NCBI GenBank assembly: GCA_963849325.1
Contig: CAWKHF010000008.1
Location: 1-64,000 of the forward strand
Source: an uncultured Planctomycetota bacterium
GTDB lineage: Bacteria > Planctomycetota > Planctomycetia > Gemmatales > Gemmataceae
Length of the DNA stretch: 64,000 nt
Direction of reading: 5' to 3'
Positions 1 to 9,961 of this stretch are shown piece after piece. The number at the start of each line of letters is the position of its first letter. Within the stretch, counting starts at the first letter, position 1. Below the pieces are notes generated by a model. That model did no database searches. It was not told the origin of the DNA and worked only from the letters and a program-made list of their open reading frames with translations. Both the position numbers and the translations under genes were made by a program.

Positions 1-941
1 GTCCGGGTGCTTGACGATGAACTGCGTGGCGAAATGGTGACGCAGGTTGTAGACGATCAAACCGTCCGGCAGCTCGATCCCCTTCTCCTTCAGCCTGATC
101 CTGAGCTTGTACATCGCCATCGTGATGACATCGCCGCTGTACGGCTGGCCGGACCTCCCGCGGAAGATCGGGCCTTCGGGCCATTCCTTGTTCAGCCGCT
201 CGACCATCTCAATCATCTCGGGCGTAAGCCAGACACGCTTGACGTATTTCCGCTTCGACACGCGGTCCTCGTAGAGGTCTTCCACGTCCCAGAGCTTGAG
301 CTTCGGGCGGTAGTGGCGGGCCTCGACGTGGCGAATGGTGGACGGCCTGGCCCCGGTCCAGGCGACCGCCCGAAGGAAGTCGGCGAACCGGTCGTTCACG
401 TTGTCCGTGACGATCTTGAAAATCTCCGGCGTCCAGACGGCGTTGCCGCCCCGGGAGCCGCCCTCGGGCAGGTCGAGCTTGCCACGGAGCGGATTGGCTA
501 CGATCAGCCGTGCCTTGCCCGATGCCGCCCAGTTGAGGCAGGCCAGGATCATCGCCTTGTACAGGCGGCGGGTGCCGTCGCTTTTCACGTCGGGCTTCGA
601 CTTGATCCAGTCCTCGATGTGCCGTGGCCGCATGTCGCGCACCTTGATGTCCTTGCCCAAATAGGCGAGGAACTCGTTGATGCGGGCCTTGCAGAGCCGG
701 AAGCGCTCGGCGTCGTGGATCGTCTCGATGTGCAGGAGCCACGCCTCAGCGACCTCCCCGAAGGTGGGGCTGCTGTTTGTGACTGGCTCGGCCATGTCGT
801 GTTTGGCGAGCAGGAAGCGGAACTGCTTCTCGGCTTCGTCCTTGTCGGTGCCGAGGCGGTGGAGCTTGCCTTCAATGGTGACGGTGTAGTTGTTGAGGGA
901 GGGAGGGGGTCCAGTTGAGCTTTCGCGAGTCGTCCCGTCAT
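1..941 (-). CDS. Tyrosine recombinase/phage-type integrase, 3' end runs off the window; 5' end has small indels (ATG 941 is out of frame, in-frame ATG at 1011)
   Basis: Manual minus-strand translation (not in the ORF track because no stop lies in the window): ...NNYTVTIEGKLHRLGTDKDEAEKQF...ANPLRGKL...AVAWTGARPSTI...GPIFR...LIVYNLRHHFATQF. This contains catalytic Arg box I (TGAR) and a YxLRH box II. Confidence 0.88.
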
Positions 942-1105
942 GGCTGTTGTCCTCGGGCCAGAAGGGGACATCTTTTCGAGTTCTTTTCGCCAACCGACTT
1001 TTTTCTGACATCCTTTCGCCGGTAGTGTATTACAACGAAAAGAAATGCCGGGACAAGTGCATGAAATTGGCTTATTTTGCTGGGTTTTCGGAGATGCGCC
1101 AGAAA

Positions 1106-1159
1106 TCAGGATGGTTTTATGCCCATGAAGCCGATGCCCACCAGTCCGATCCGAATCAT
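1106..1159 (-). pseudogene. 5' stub of a Gfo/Idh/MocA-type NAD-binding oxidoreductase (MIRIGLVGIGFMG, then IKPS*), truncated at the putative att site
   Basis: RBS AGAAGGA just upstream of ATG 1159; Rossmann GxGxxG beta1 start typical of Gfo/Idh/MocA; stops after 17 codons. Confidence 0.7.
1113..1132. mobile_element. Putative attachment core of the integrative element extending leftward
   Basis: Minus strand GGCTTCAT-GGGC-ATAAAACC is an imperfect inverted repeat (6/8) exactly where oxidoreductase similarity stops. TC(T/C)TTTCG direct repeats at ~971, 982 and 1011 lie between it and int. Confidence 0.55.
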
Positions 1160-1393
1160 TGGCGAGTCCTTCTCTCGCTATTTCCCGGACCCATCGGATA
1201 ATGTTCGGGACAGCATACGCGGCGGCCCCGGGGGCGGAAAGAAGCCCTTGGCTGGCCGCCCGCGGCGCCTACGCTCCTTGCATCGTCCCTAAACTCGCAT
1301 TACCTTGATAACCGAGATGCCCCGCTTCGATGCGCGGAGACGCCGCCGGGCAAGCGGGGCGAGGGGCTAATGCGAGCAGCCGGAGGAAGCATC

Positions 1394-1771
1394 ATGACCC
1401 AGCGGACTTTGTGGGACTACGCCGAGGACAGATGCGGAGAGCAACGAGACGGAGAGGAGGGAGAAGATCTCGCCGAGGAGGAAGACAAGGATCGTTCGCG
1501 GCGTCGGACCTTCAAGCAACTACGAGCCAGCGGCCATTGGCTGACGTTGCTACGGGTCGCGCGCTCCATGCCGCAGCCTTTCACCCTCAACGACCTCTCG
1601 GTGGCGGTGTGGAAAGTCTGCCCGGAGTTCTTCGGGATGAAGGGCTATCCCTACCCGGACAATCACCGCGTCCATTACATTCTTTACGGCAGCCGCGGAC
1701 TCATCGCCAAGGGCATCCTCCACAGGGTCCGTCAAGGTCTCTTCCGCATCCCCGAGGAGACGGCGACGTAG
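1394..1771 (+). CDS. Hypothetical protein, possible winged-helix domain
   Basis: ORF with PFTLNDLSVAVWK..FGMKGY.YPDNHRV...GLIAKG..RVRQGLFRI pattern; acidic N-terminus. Confidence 0.6.
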   Translation: MTQRTLWDYAEDRCGEQRDGEEGEDLAEEEDKDRSRRRTFKQLRASGHWLTLLRVARSMPQPFTLNDLSVAVWKVCPEFFGMKGYPYPDNHRVHYILYGSRGLIAKGILHRVRQGLFRIPEETAT

Positions 1772-1829
1772 GACCTCTCCATCCCGTTCTCCTCGTTTCG
1801 CCGCGCGCTGCGGAGAGCGCCGCGCGTCC

Positions 1830-2999
1830 TCAATCCCGACAAGGTTTCCCCTCCGCGTAGAGCGGCAGGCGCTGGCGAGCGGCCGACGTGCTCGCGGAGT
1901 CGCCGTATCCGAACTCGAGCGCTTTTTGTTGCCAGCGGACGGCGTCGGCGAAACCGCCGCACTCGGCGTAGGCGGCGGCCAGCGCCTCCAGCGCGCGGGC
2001 ATCGCGCCAGGCGCTGAGCCGGCAAGCTCGTGTCGCCCATTGCATCGCGGCTGCGCCATCGCGCCATTTCCTCTCGACGGCCGTGGCCCGGACCCAGGCG
2101 AGATGCGTGTACGCGGCCCGATCGTTGGGGGCGAGGCGGATGGCCGTCTCGAAGTCCTGGATGGCCGATTCGTATTCCCTCCGGCCCAGCAGCACCAGGC
2201 CGCGGTTGACGTGGCTGCGGGGAAACGTGGGATCGAGACGGATGGCCTCGTGGTAGTCGCACAAGGCCCGGCTGGTATCGCCCTTTTGGGCCGAGGCGGC
2301 GGCCCGGCCATGGTAGAGGGCCGGATCGTGCGGGTCGAGGTAGATGGCCTCGTCGTAATCGCGGATGGCCTGGTCGTAGTCGCCTCGCGCTGCGTGGGCG
2401 AACGCACGGCTGCGCAGGGCCACGGCGCTCTTGGGACAGAGGCGGACGGCCGCGTCGAAGTCGGCGATGGCCCGCTCGTAGTCCTTTTTTTCCAGGTAGA
2501 GGACGCCGCGGTTGCTGAACAACCCCGCGTTGTCCGGCCGCAGTCGGATGGCCTCGGTGTAATCGGCGACGGCAGCGTCCCATTGCCGCTTTTCGTGCCA
2601 GGCCTCGGCACGCAGCACGTGGGCGAACGGATCGCCGGGGTTGGCGCGGATCTTCTCGGTGAAGTACGCGACGGCGTCGTCCAGCAAAACCGCGTCTTGC
2701 CGGGCAAACCAGGCATCCTGCCCCCGATGCCGCACCTCGATCCATTCGCCGCGCTCGGCGAGGACCGGCACAACCATGTCCTCGAAGGGACCGATGCGGA
2801 CGTCGCGCCACGGATCGTCGGTGTACCAGACGCGGACACCCGACTGCCGGGGCATGACCTGCTTGCCGATCCACGATCCCTCGGCGGCGGAAAGTCGAGC
2901 GGCAAGCCCGAAGGATGCGACGACGGCCAACCCACACAACAGCAGGGCCGACAGCCGGCGACATGCGCCGCTCCGGTTGGAAGCATGCGCGTCCGACAT
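1830..2999 (-). CDS. Secreted tetratricopeptide repeat protein
   Basis: Signal-like hydrophobic N-terminus; multiple TPRs (AIADFDAAVRL, AIRDYDEAIYLDP); planctomycete-type RDG..A..WAT.AC C-terminal cap. Confidence 0.9.
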   Translation of the reverse strand: MSDAHASNRSGACRRLSALLLCGLAVVASFGLAARLSAAEGSWIGKQVMPRQSGVRVWYTDDPWRDVRIGPFEDMVVPVLAERGEWIEVRHRGQDAWFARQDAVLLDDAVAYFTEKIRANPGDPFAHVLRAEAWHEKRQWDAAVADYTEAIRLRPDNAGLFSNRGVLYLEKKDYERAIADFDAAVRLCPKSAVALRSRAFAHAARGDYDQAIRDYDEAIYLDPHDPALYHGRAAASAQKGDTSRALCDYHEAIRLDPTFPRSHVNRGLVLLGRREYESAIQDFETAIRLAPNDRAAYTHLAWVRATAVERKWRDGAAAMQWATRACRLSAWRDARALEALAAAYAECGGFADAVRWQQKALEFGYGDSASTSAARQRLPLYAEGKPCRD

Positions 3000-3040
3000 T
3001 TCTCCCTCGGATCAAGGGCACCGACGCGCGGACGCCGCGC

Positions 3041-3248
3041 TCAGTTGTTGGCGCAGTGGGCCGCGACGGCGGCCCGTTCGTCCTGGATGAGCGTGCGGAT
3101 TCTCCAAGCGCGTTTGCCGCAAGAGCAGACCGAGCAGGCTGTCCTCGCCGACGACGGCGATGAGCATGCCGAGAACGCCGGCCACCCATTTCGCGTGCGC
3201 CAGGTTGAAGAAACAGGATTCGTTCGATGACGTGTTCGTCCTTGCCAT
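3041..3248 (-). CDS. Small hypothetical protein (one probable frameshift near 3100)
   Basis: GGAGG RBS before ATG 3248; MARTNT...LLRQTRLE continues as IRTLIQDERAA in the adjacent frame. Confidence 0.45.
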
Positions 3249-3322
3249 TGGGGAACCTCCATGTTCCTAACGGGTCGGCCCATGATAGCCTCGACCCGGT
3301 AAAGCAGGCAAGAGCAGTCCCG

Positions 3323-3721
3323 TCAATTCGCCGGCTTCGTCGCCCCAGCGGGAGCAGAGGTTTTCGGCGGAGGCGAGGCGGCGGCTGGCTTGCGACTGAC
3401 GTTGGCGGCGCTGCCGGGGCCGCCCCAGAGGGCGACGGGGACGGTGATGGGCAGCGTCAACGTGTCCGCGATGGCCGACAGCGGCACGTCCAGACCGATC
3501 AAACCGACGCCGACGACTGTGCCGACATCGTGCATCAGGTCCGTTTGGGCGGAGATGGGATTGTCCTCGATCCATTGTTCGGTGGATTTCACGTCGCGCT
3601 GAACGCCGCCGTAGATTCGGCTGTTCTGCCAGCCGCGGTCGCCGAAGTTGGCGATGGTGCCGCAGCCGGCCAGGACGACGGCGGCCAGCGCCGGTGCAAC
3701 GGCGAGCGATGCTCTCCTCAT
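3323..3721 (-). CDS. YceK/YidQ family lipoprotein
   Basis: Lipobox LAGC-GT, IYGGV and DVPLSAIADTLTLP motifs. Confidence 0.85.
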   Translation of the reverse strand: MRRASLAVAPALAAVVLAGCGTIANFGDRGWQNSRIYGGVQRDVKSTEQWIEDNPISAQTDLMHDVGTVVGVGLIGLDVPLSAIADTLTLPITVPVALWGGPGSAANVSRKPAAASPPPKTSAPAGATKPAN

Positions 3722-3841
3722 CTCGGTCCTCCCCGGACAAAGGGGCGGCATCTTACTGCCGGGCCGGAGGAGGTCAAGGGCAACTGCCGCGCGATCGATG
3801 AAATGGATGCCTGCGTGGCTTCGAGGAGTGGTCGGTATGGC

Positions 3842-3937
3842 CCCCTCTCCCCCGCTTCGGGGGAGAGGGGTTGGGGGTGAGGGGGCGGCTCCTCCCCCTC
3901 ACCCCCAACCCCTCTCCCCCGAAGCGGGGGAGAGGGG
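3842..3937. repeat. REP/REPIN-type palindrome (CCCCTCTCCCCCGCTTCGGGGGAGAGGGG type)
   Basis: ~44-bp arms in inverted orientation, each arm itself a hairpin. Confidence 0.85.
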
Positions 3938-4042
3938 AGAAAGACGCCCGTACTACCCGAAACGATGCGCGCGACCGATGAAACATTGCCGGCCCCTTTC
4001 GGGTAGAATATCCCAGTACCGGAGACATCGGGGTCTGTCATC

Positions 4043-5653
4043 ATGTGGCTGCGAAACGTATTCTTCCTCGGCTTGGTCGGCGGCGGCGTCTTTGCCCTCG
4101 GCGTCGGCCTGATGCCGCCGCGCGAGCCGAAGCCGCTGACGCGCTTCGACGCCGACGCCTACCGGCGCCGGAGTTTCGCGCCGCCGTCGCTCGCGTCGAT
4201 GCTTCCTTCAACCATCAATGGACCGAGCAGGGCTTGCCTCCGGCCGCCGTCGCGCCGGACCTGACCATCGCCCGCCGTCTGGCGCTGGGCCTGATGGGCA
4301 CCATCCCGTCGCTGGAAGAGGTCCGCCAGTTTGAATATCTGCCGACCGACGAGCGCCTGGCCTGGTGGCTCGACCACGTTCTGCAAGATCGCCGCTTCGC
4401 CGACCACTTCGCGGAGCGCTTCGCTCGTGCCTTCGTCGGCACCGAGGACGGCCAGCTCCATCCTCTACCGCCGCCGCCGCTTCGTCGCCTGGCTGGCCGA
4501 CCAGCTGGCCCAGAACCGGCCCTACGACCAACTCGTCCGCGAACTGATCGCCTCCGAGGGTCTGTGGACCAACAAGCCCGCCACCAACTTCCTCAGCGTC
4601 ACCGTCCAGACCGACAGCAAGAACCAGCCCGACCCGGTGCGGCTGGCCGGCCGCGTCACGCGGGCTTTTCTGGGCTTGCGCCTCGACTGTGCTCAGTGCC
4701 ACAATCACCCCTACGCCGAGTGGAAGCAGTCGGATTTCCAGGGCTTTGTCCGCTTTCTTCGGGCAGACGCACCTCGGTTTCACCGGCATCTACGACGGGC
4801 CGGGCGAGTACGAGGTGAAGGACCGTAAGACCCAGGCGACGCACACGGTCGAGCCGCGCGTGCCTTTCGCTCCGGAGTTGCTCCCCGAGAGCGGCAGCCG
4901 GCGCTGGCGGTTGGCCTGCTGGGTCACGGACCCGAAAAATCCGTATTTCGCCCGTGCCGCCGTCAACCGCGTCTGGGCGCTGATGCTGGGCCGGCCGCTG
5001 GTCGAGCCGGTCGATAACCTGGAGTCCGACACGGCCGCTCCGCCGGCGCTGCGATCTGCTGGCCGACGACTTCGTCTCCCATCGACTTCGACCTGCGCCG
5101 CCTTGTTCGTGTCATCGCCTTCGGCCGCGTTTTCCAGCTCGACAGCGCCGCCGACCACGAGATCGGCGAGACCGAGGAGCAGGCCTGGGCCGTCTTTCCC
5201 CTGACGCGGCTGCGGCCCGAGCAGGTCGTCGGCAGCGTCTTGCAGGCGTCGTCCGTTTCCACCGTCGATTCGCAGTCGCACGTGCTGGCCCGCTTCGCTC
5301 GCCTGGGTCAGCGGAACGAGTTCGTCACGCGCTACGGCGACAGCGGCGAGGACGAGTTCGACGGCCGCGGCGGCACCATCCCGCAGCGGCTGCTGATGAT
5401 GAACGGCAAGCTGCTGCACGAGAAGATCGAGGACAGCCCGTTCAACGCCTCGACGCGCATCGCCTGGATGGCTCCCGACGACGCCCGCGCGGTCGAGGCG
5501 GCTTACCTGGCCGTGCTGACGCGCCGGCCGACGCCCGAGGAAGCCGAGTACTTCGAGCAAGCCCTCGCCGACCCGAGCCTGAAGCGAGCGCAGCGGATGG
5601 AAGACCTGTACTGGGCCCTCGTCAACTCCACGGAGTTCTCATGGAACTACTGA
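4043..5653 (+). CDS. DUF1549/DUF1553 (PSD1/PSCyt) planctomycete protein, several frameshifts
   Basis: Pieces across frames: RRLALGLMGTIPS, GLRLDCAQCHNHP, NPYFARAAVNRVW, EDLYWALVNSTEFSWNY. Confidence 0.9.
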
Positions 5654-6924
5654 GTTCGCACGCCCCGCTGCCTCGACGGGGGTTCCTGCGCCTGGCCGGG
5701 CTGGCCGGCGTATCCTGGCTGACGCCCATCGGCCATCTGCTGGCCCGCGCCGCCGAGGCGCCGGCCGAACGGCACCTCCCGGCCCAGTCGATCATTCTGC
5801 TCTGGCTGCAAGGCGGACCCAGCCAGCTGGAGACGTTCGACCCTCATCCCGGCACCGCCATCGCCGGCGGGACCGGCGCCCTCGACACGGCCGTCAAGGG
5901 CGTGCAGCTGGCCCCCGGCCTGGAGCGCACGGCCGAGGAGATGCACTCCGTCGCCCTGGTCCGCTCGATGGTCAGCAAGGAGGGCGATCACGAACGCGGC
6001 ACCTACACGATGAAGACCGGCTTTCGGCCTGACCCGACGGTGATCCATCCTTCCATCGGGGCCGTCTGCTGTCACGAGCTGCCCGCCGCCGGCACCGACA
6101 TCCCGCGTCACGTCAGCATCCTGCCCGGCCGATGGCCGGCTCGCGGCGGCTATCTCGGCGAGAGCTACGACGCCTTCAAAACCGGCGATCCGGCCGGCGA
6201 GGTGCCCGACACGGTTTCGCGCCTGACGCCGCAGCGCGACGAGCAGCGCCTGCACCATCTCGACGTGGTCGAACGCGCCTTCGCGCGCGGCCGGGAGCGG
6301 CGCGTCGAGGCAACGCGGCACCGCGAGACGCTGACGCGGGCGCGGAAGATGATGAGTTCGGAGCAGCTGCGGGCCTTCGACGTGTTGCGCGAGCCGTTGG
6401 CCCTGCGCCGCGCTTACGGCGAGACGCCGTTCGGCCGCGGCTGCCTGGCGGCGCGGCGGCTGATCGAGGTCGGCGTCCGCTGCGTCGAGGTGACGCTGGT
6501 CGGCTGGGACACGCACGCCAACAATCACGCTCTCCACCGCGATCTGCTCGCCGTCCTCGATCCCGCCTTCAGCGCCCTGCTGCGCGACCTGCGCGAGCGC
6601 GGCCTGCTGGAGCGAACGGTCGTGCTGTGCGCCGGCGAGTTCGGGCGGACGCCGGCGATCAATCCGCTGGGCGGCCGCGATCACTGGCCCACCGGCTTCA
6701 GCGTCGCCCTGGCCGGCGGCGGCATTCGCGGCGGCCGGGTCGTCGGCGAAACCGACCCCGACGGCAAGAAAGGACCGACCCATCCCGTGACCGTCGGCGA
6801 TCTGCATGCGACCGTCCTGACCGCCGTGGGCATCGATCCCAAGAAGGTCAACCAGACGCCGATTGGCCGCACGGTGCGCTTCAGCGAGGGCCAGCCGATC
6901 GCGGCACTGCTGGGAAATCGATAA
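5641..6924 (+). CDS. DUF1501 domain protein
   Basis: Tat-like RRGFL; LQGGPSQLETFDP, GWDTH, GEFGRTP, GRDHW motifs. Confidence 0.93.
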   Translation: MELLSSHAPLPRRGFLRLAGLAGVSWLTPIGHLLARAAEAPAERHLPAQSIILLWLQGGPSQLETFDPHPGTAIAGGTGALDTAVKGVQLAPGLERTAEEMHSVALVRSMVSKEGDHERGTYTMKTGFRPDPTVIHPSIGAVCCHELPAAGTDIPRHVSILPGRWPARGGYLGESYDAFKTGDPAGEVPDTVSRLTPQRDEQRLHHLDVVERAFARGRERRVEATRHRETLTRARKMMSSEQLRAFDVLREPLALRRAYGETPFGRGCLAARRLIEVGVRCVEVTLVGWDTHANNHALHRDLLAVLDPAFSALLRDLRERGLLERTVVLCAGEFGRTPAINPLGGRDHWPTGFSVALAGGGIRGGRVVGETDPDGKKGPTHPVTVGDLHATVLTAVGIDPKKVNQTPIGRTVRFSEGQPIAALLGNR

Positions 6925-6931
6925 CCAGTCA

Positions 6932-7010
6932 TTCCCCTATAACAAGTCCGGAGCGTCCGCGACGGCTCGAAGAGACCCGTCGCGGACGCTCCGGGCTTGT
7001 TATAGGGGAA
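6932..7010. repeat. REP-type palindrome
   Basis: 34-bp arms TTCCCCTATAACAAGTCCGGAGCGTCCGCGACGG and near-perfect reverse complement. Confidence 0.85.
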
Positions 7011-7015
7011 ATGCC

Positions 7016-8002
7016 ATGCTCTCCTCCGATCCTCGTTCTCTGCCTCTCGTTCTCGCCGACGTTCCCCTTTCCCCGGTCCTCGCCGAGATGCTGGCGGGCC
7101 GCGTCGAACTGCTGCCCTGGTCGTCCGCGCTCGCGGCCGGGGCGGAGCGCATCGAGGCGATCTACACCTACGGACATCCGATCGTGGACGCGGCGTTGCT
7201 CGACCGTCTGCCGGCGGTTCGCGTCATCAGCAATTTCGGCGTTGGCGTCGATCACATCGACGTGGCGGCGGCGATGGCCCGCGGCCTCGCGGTCGGCAAC
7301 ACGCCGCGTATCCTCGACGGCGCCACCGCGGACCTGGCCTTCGCCCTGCTCCTGGCGGCCGGGAGGCGGCTGGTCGAGGGCGACCGCTACGCTCGTGGCC
7401 CGAATTTCCGGCACTACGACCCGTCCTACATGCTCGGCCGCGAGGTACACGGCAGCACGCTCGGCATCCTCGGCATGGGCCGCATCGGCGAGCAGGTGGC
7501 TCGCCGCGCTCGCGCCTTCGACATGACGGTGCTGTATCACAACCGCCAGCGCCGGCCCGCGACCGAAGAAGCGCTGGGGGTACGCTACGTCGCGCGGGAC
7601 GAGCTGCTCGCCACCTCGGATTACGTCGTGCTCACCGTGCCGCTGACGCCAGAGACGCACCGCCTGATCGGCCGGGCGGAGATCGCCCGCATGAAAGCGA
7701 CCGCCATCCTGATCAACGTCGCCCGTGGGCCGGTCCTCGACACCGAGGCGCTGACGGAGGCGCTGACCGCTCGCCGAATCTACGCCGCCGCCCTGGACGT
7801 GACCGATCCCGAACCGTTGCCGCGCGATCATCCGCTCTTGCGGCTGGATAACGTCGTCCTCACGCCGCACCTGGGCAGCGCCACCGAGCAGACACGGCGG
7901 CGCATGGCCGAGCTTTCCGTGGAGAACCTGCTCGCCGGGCTGTCGGGACGGCCCCTTCCCTTTCCGGTGCTTCCGCCCGCTGTCCCGAAGACGAGGGTTT
8001 AA
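7016..8002 (+). CDS. D-2-hydroxyacid dehydrogenase (glyoxylate reductase/D-glycerate dehydrogenase family)
   Basis: GVGVDHID, GILGMGRIG, INVARG, LDVTDPEP, TPHLGSAT motifs. Confidence 0.93.
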   Translation: MLSSDPRSLPLVLADVPLSPVLAEMLAGRVELLPWSSALAAGAERIEAIYTYGHPIVDAALLDRLPAVRVISNFGVGVDHIDVAAAMARGLAVGNTPRILDGATADLAFALLLAAGRRLVEGDRYARGPNFRHYDPSYMLGREVHGSTLGILGMGRIGEQVARRARAFDMTVLYHNRQRRPATEEALGVRYVARDELLATSDYVVLTVPLTPETHRLIGRAEIARMKATAILINVARGPVLDTEALTEALTARRIYAAALDVTDPEPLPRDHPLLRLDNVVLTPHLGSATEQTRRRMAELSVENLLAGLSGRPLPFPVLPPAVPKTRV

Positions 8003-8063
8003 CGGCGGCTATTGAACCGCAAAATGGCCTCACGTCTTGCGCTGGTTTTTCCCGAACCTACTA

Positions 8064-8092
8064 TTGAACTGTACCATCCTATGGTATATCTT
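8064..8092 (+). promoter_or_regulatory. Sigma70 promoter of the higBA-like operon with palindromic operator in the spacer
   Basis: TTGAAC-17 nt-TATCTT; TACCAT-cct-ATGGTA inverted repeat at 8072-8086. Confidence 0.6.
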
Positions 8093-8141
8093 GCCCTGGG
8101 AGGGACACCACGAGGAGGAGTGCCCACGGACAGAGCTTGCC

Positions 8142-8567
8142 ATGAGCGAGAAGAACCCCCAGCGGCGGGAGGCGAGGCTTTGTTATCCGGGTCATCTGTT
8201 GGAGCCGGAAGACTTGCTATCCTTCATTGAATCTTCGGTCTTCCGCCGTGCTTGGAAAGCGTGCGACCTGACGGATGACGATCTTTTTGCATTGCAACTT
8301 CTCATCATGGCTCACCCGAAGTCGGCCCCCGTAGTCAAGGGAACGGGCGGTCTTCGGAAGATTCGTTTCAGCCCAACCGGGACACCACAGGGGAAAAGCG
8401 GTTCCCACCGAGCCTGCTACGTTTACTACGAAGAGTTCGGCCTTATACTCCTCGTTACGGTGTATCCCAAGAGCAAAAAGGATGACCTTTCGGCAGCGGC
8501 CCGGAAGGCCATCCAAACGATGATCGAGGCACAAAACAAGCTGCTCGCCCGAGGGCCGGTACCATGA
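8142..8567 (+). CDS. higB: RelE/HigB family toxin
   Basis: FIESSVF, GTGGLRKIRF, GKSGSHRACY, LVTVYPKSKKDDLS motifs; toxin-first order. Confidence 0.85.
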   Translation: MSEKNPQRREARLCYPGHLLEPEDLLSFIESSVFRRAWKACDLTDDDLFALQLLIMAHPKSAPVVKGTGGLRKIRFSPTGTPQGKSGSHRACYVYYEEFGLILLVTVYPKSKKDDLSAAARKAIQTMIEAQNKLLARGPVP

Positions 8568-8971
8568 ACACACGAAAGGATCTGAATAACTTGGCAAAGA
8601 GTAAGGTAGGAAACACCTCCGTAGAAATCGAAATCCTGGAGGCCCTGGAAGACTTCACGGATGCTTTGGAGAAAGGGGAGGTGTTGGAGCGGTTCACTTG
8701 CCGGCAGATCAAACTCCAACTTGAGCCGACGCATTACAATTCGGAACTCGTCAAGAAAACCCGGAAGGTCTTGGGAGTTAGCCAGACGCTGTTCGCCCGA
8801 TTTCTTGGCGTGTCTCCGAAGACGGTACGTGCCTGGGAACAGGGCATTAACATTCCTCATCCCATGGCCTGCCGGTTCATGGATGAGATTCGTCAAGCTC
8901 CGAGCCACTGGGCTGAACGGCTGCGGGAACTCACCGTCATGAAGAATGACTGCGCGGGGCTCTCGCTGTGA
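8564..8971 (+). CDS. higA: HigA-type HTH-XRE antitoxin
   Basis: RKVLGVSQTLFARFLGVSPKTVRAWEQG HTH; ATGA overlap with the toxin. Confidence 0.85.
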   Translation: MNTRKDLNNLAKSKVGNTSVEIEILEALEDFTDALEKGEVLERFTCRQIKLQLEPTHYNSELVKKTRKVLGVSQTLFARFLGVSPKTVRAWEQGINIPHPMACRFMDEIRQAPSHWAERLRELTVMKNDCAGLSL

Positions 8972-9132
8972 CCGAATGAAGTACCCCTCCACACGTTCGA
9001 GCGAGCGCCTCAGCTTATCCGCCGGGGCGTTCGTGTTTCCACCTGTTGATTCGGCGGCGTTTGGGATAGAACCAGAAGAAGAGAACGAAAGGCGTTGGTT
9101 TTCCGTCTCGCATCAACCGGAGAGATCCTCGC

Positions 9133-9876
9133 ATGTACAAGCTGACGACGATGGTATTGTTTCTCGCGGGGCTGATCGGCTTGGCCGCAGCAGATGCTCC
9201 GGCGCCCGTGGTGCAAACGGAAGCCGGCAAAAAGGCCCTGGCGCGCATCCGCCAGCTCGGCGGCCTAGCCCTGGAGCTGGCCCAGAACGATCCGCACCTG
9301 GAGGTGTCCTATCTGCAGACCGACGGCAAATGGAGCGATGAGCACCTCGCCCTGCTCAAGGATCTCAAAGGTCTCGTTCGTCTCAATCTACGCGGCCAGC
9401 CGGTGACGGACGCTCAGCTCGTCTACCTCAAGCCGCTGACCGATCTGACGGAGCTGCACCTGGAGAAGACGAAGATTACCGACAAGGGGCTGGCGAACCT
9501 CAAGGGACTGGTCAACCTCGAATACCTGAACCTGTACGGCACCAACGTCAGCGACGCCGGGCTGGCCAACCTCGAAGGGATGAAGAAGCTCAAACATCTT
9601 TACGTGTGGCAGACGAAAGTGACGGAGAGCGGTGCGGCCAAGCTGAAGAAGTCGGTCCCGGCCGCGGACGTCAACCGCGGTTTCGAGGAACCGCCCGAAC
9701 CGAAGAAGGACGAGAAGAAGCCCGAACCGAAGAAGGGTGAGAAGAAAGACAAGAAGGTCGAGACCAAGAAGGACGCCAAGAAACCCGAACCGAAGAAGGA
9801 GGACAAGAAGCCGGAGCCGAAAAAGGACGAGAAGAAGAAACCGGAGCCGAAAAAAGAGGACAAGAAGAAGCCCTAA
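9133..9876 (+). CDS. Secreted leucine-rich-repeat protein with Lys/Glu/Pro-rich repeat tail
   Basis: Signal peptide; LxxLxLxxTxxTDxGL repeats; (KPEPKKDEK)n tail at ~9690-9873. Confidence 0.85.
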   Translation: MYKLTTMVLFLAGLIGLAAADAPAPVVQTEAGKKALARIRQLGGLALELAQNDPHLEVSYLQTDGKWSDEHLALLKDLKGLVRLNLRGQPVTDAQLVYLKPLTDLTELHLEKTKITDKGLANLKGLVNLEYLNLYGTNVSDAGLANLEGMKKLKHLYVWQTKVTESGAAKLKKSVPAADVNRGFEEPPEPKKDEKKPEPKKGEKKDKKVETKKDAKKPEPKKEDKKPEPKKDEKKKPEPKKEDKKKP

Positions 9877-9912
9877 CCCTACGAAGAAGGGCGAACGTCA
9901 TCGGATTCCTCG

Positions 9913-9961
9913 GAGCCCGCAGCGTCAGCGAGGGAACGTCCCTCGCTGACGCTGCGGGCTC
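9913..9961. repeat. REP-type palindrome overlapping the 3' end of the glycosyltransferase gene
   Basis: GAGCCCGCAGCGTCAGCGAGGGA-acg-TCCCTCGCTGACGCTGCGGGCTC. Confidence 0.88.

Noticed and set aside
7-918. 303-aa plus-strand ORF and similar long antisense ORFs (e.g. 35630-37573, 50147-51466)
   Set aside because: Shadow ORFs opposite genuine genes, expected in high-GC DNA
950-1330. tRNA or tmRNA as integrase target
   Set aside because: No cloverleaf, T-loop GTTC motif or CCA end recognisable; the junction falls in a protein-coding start
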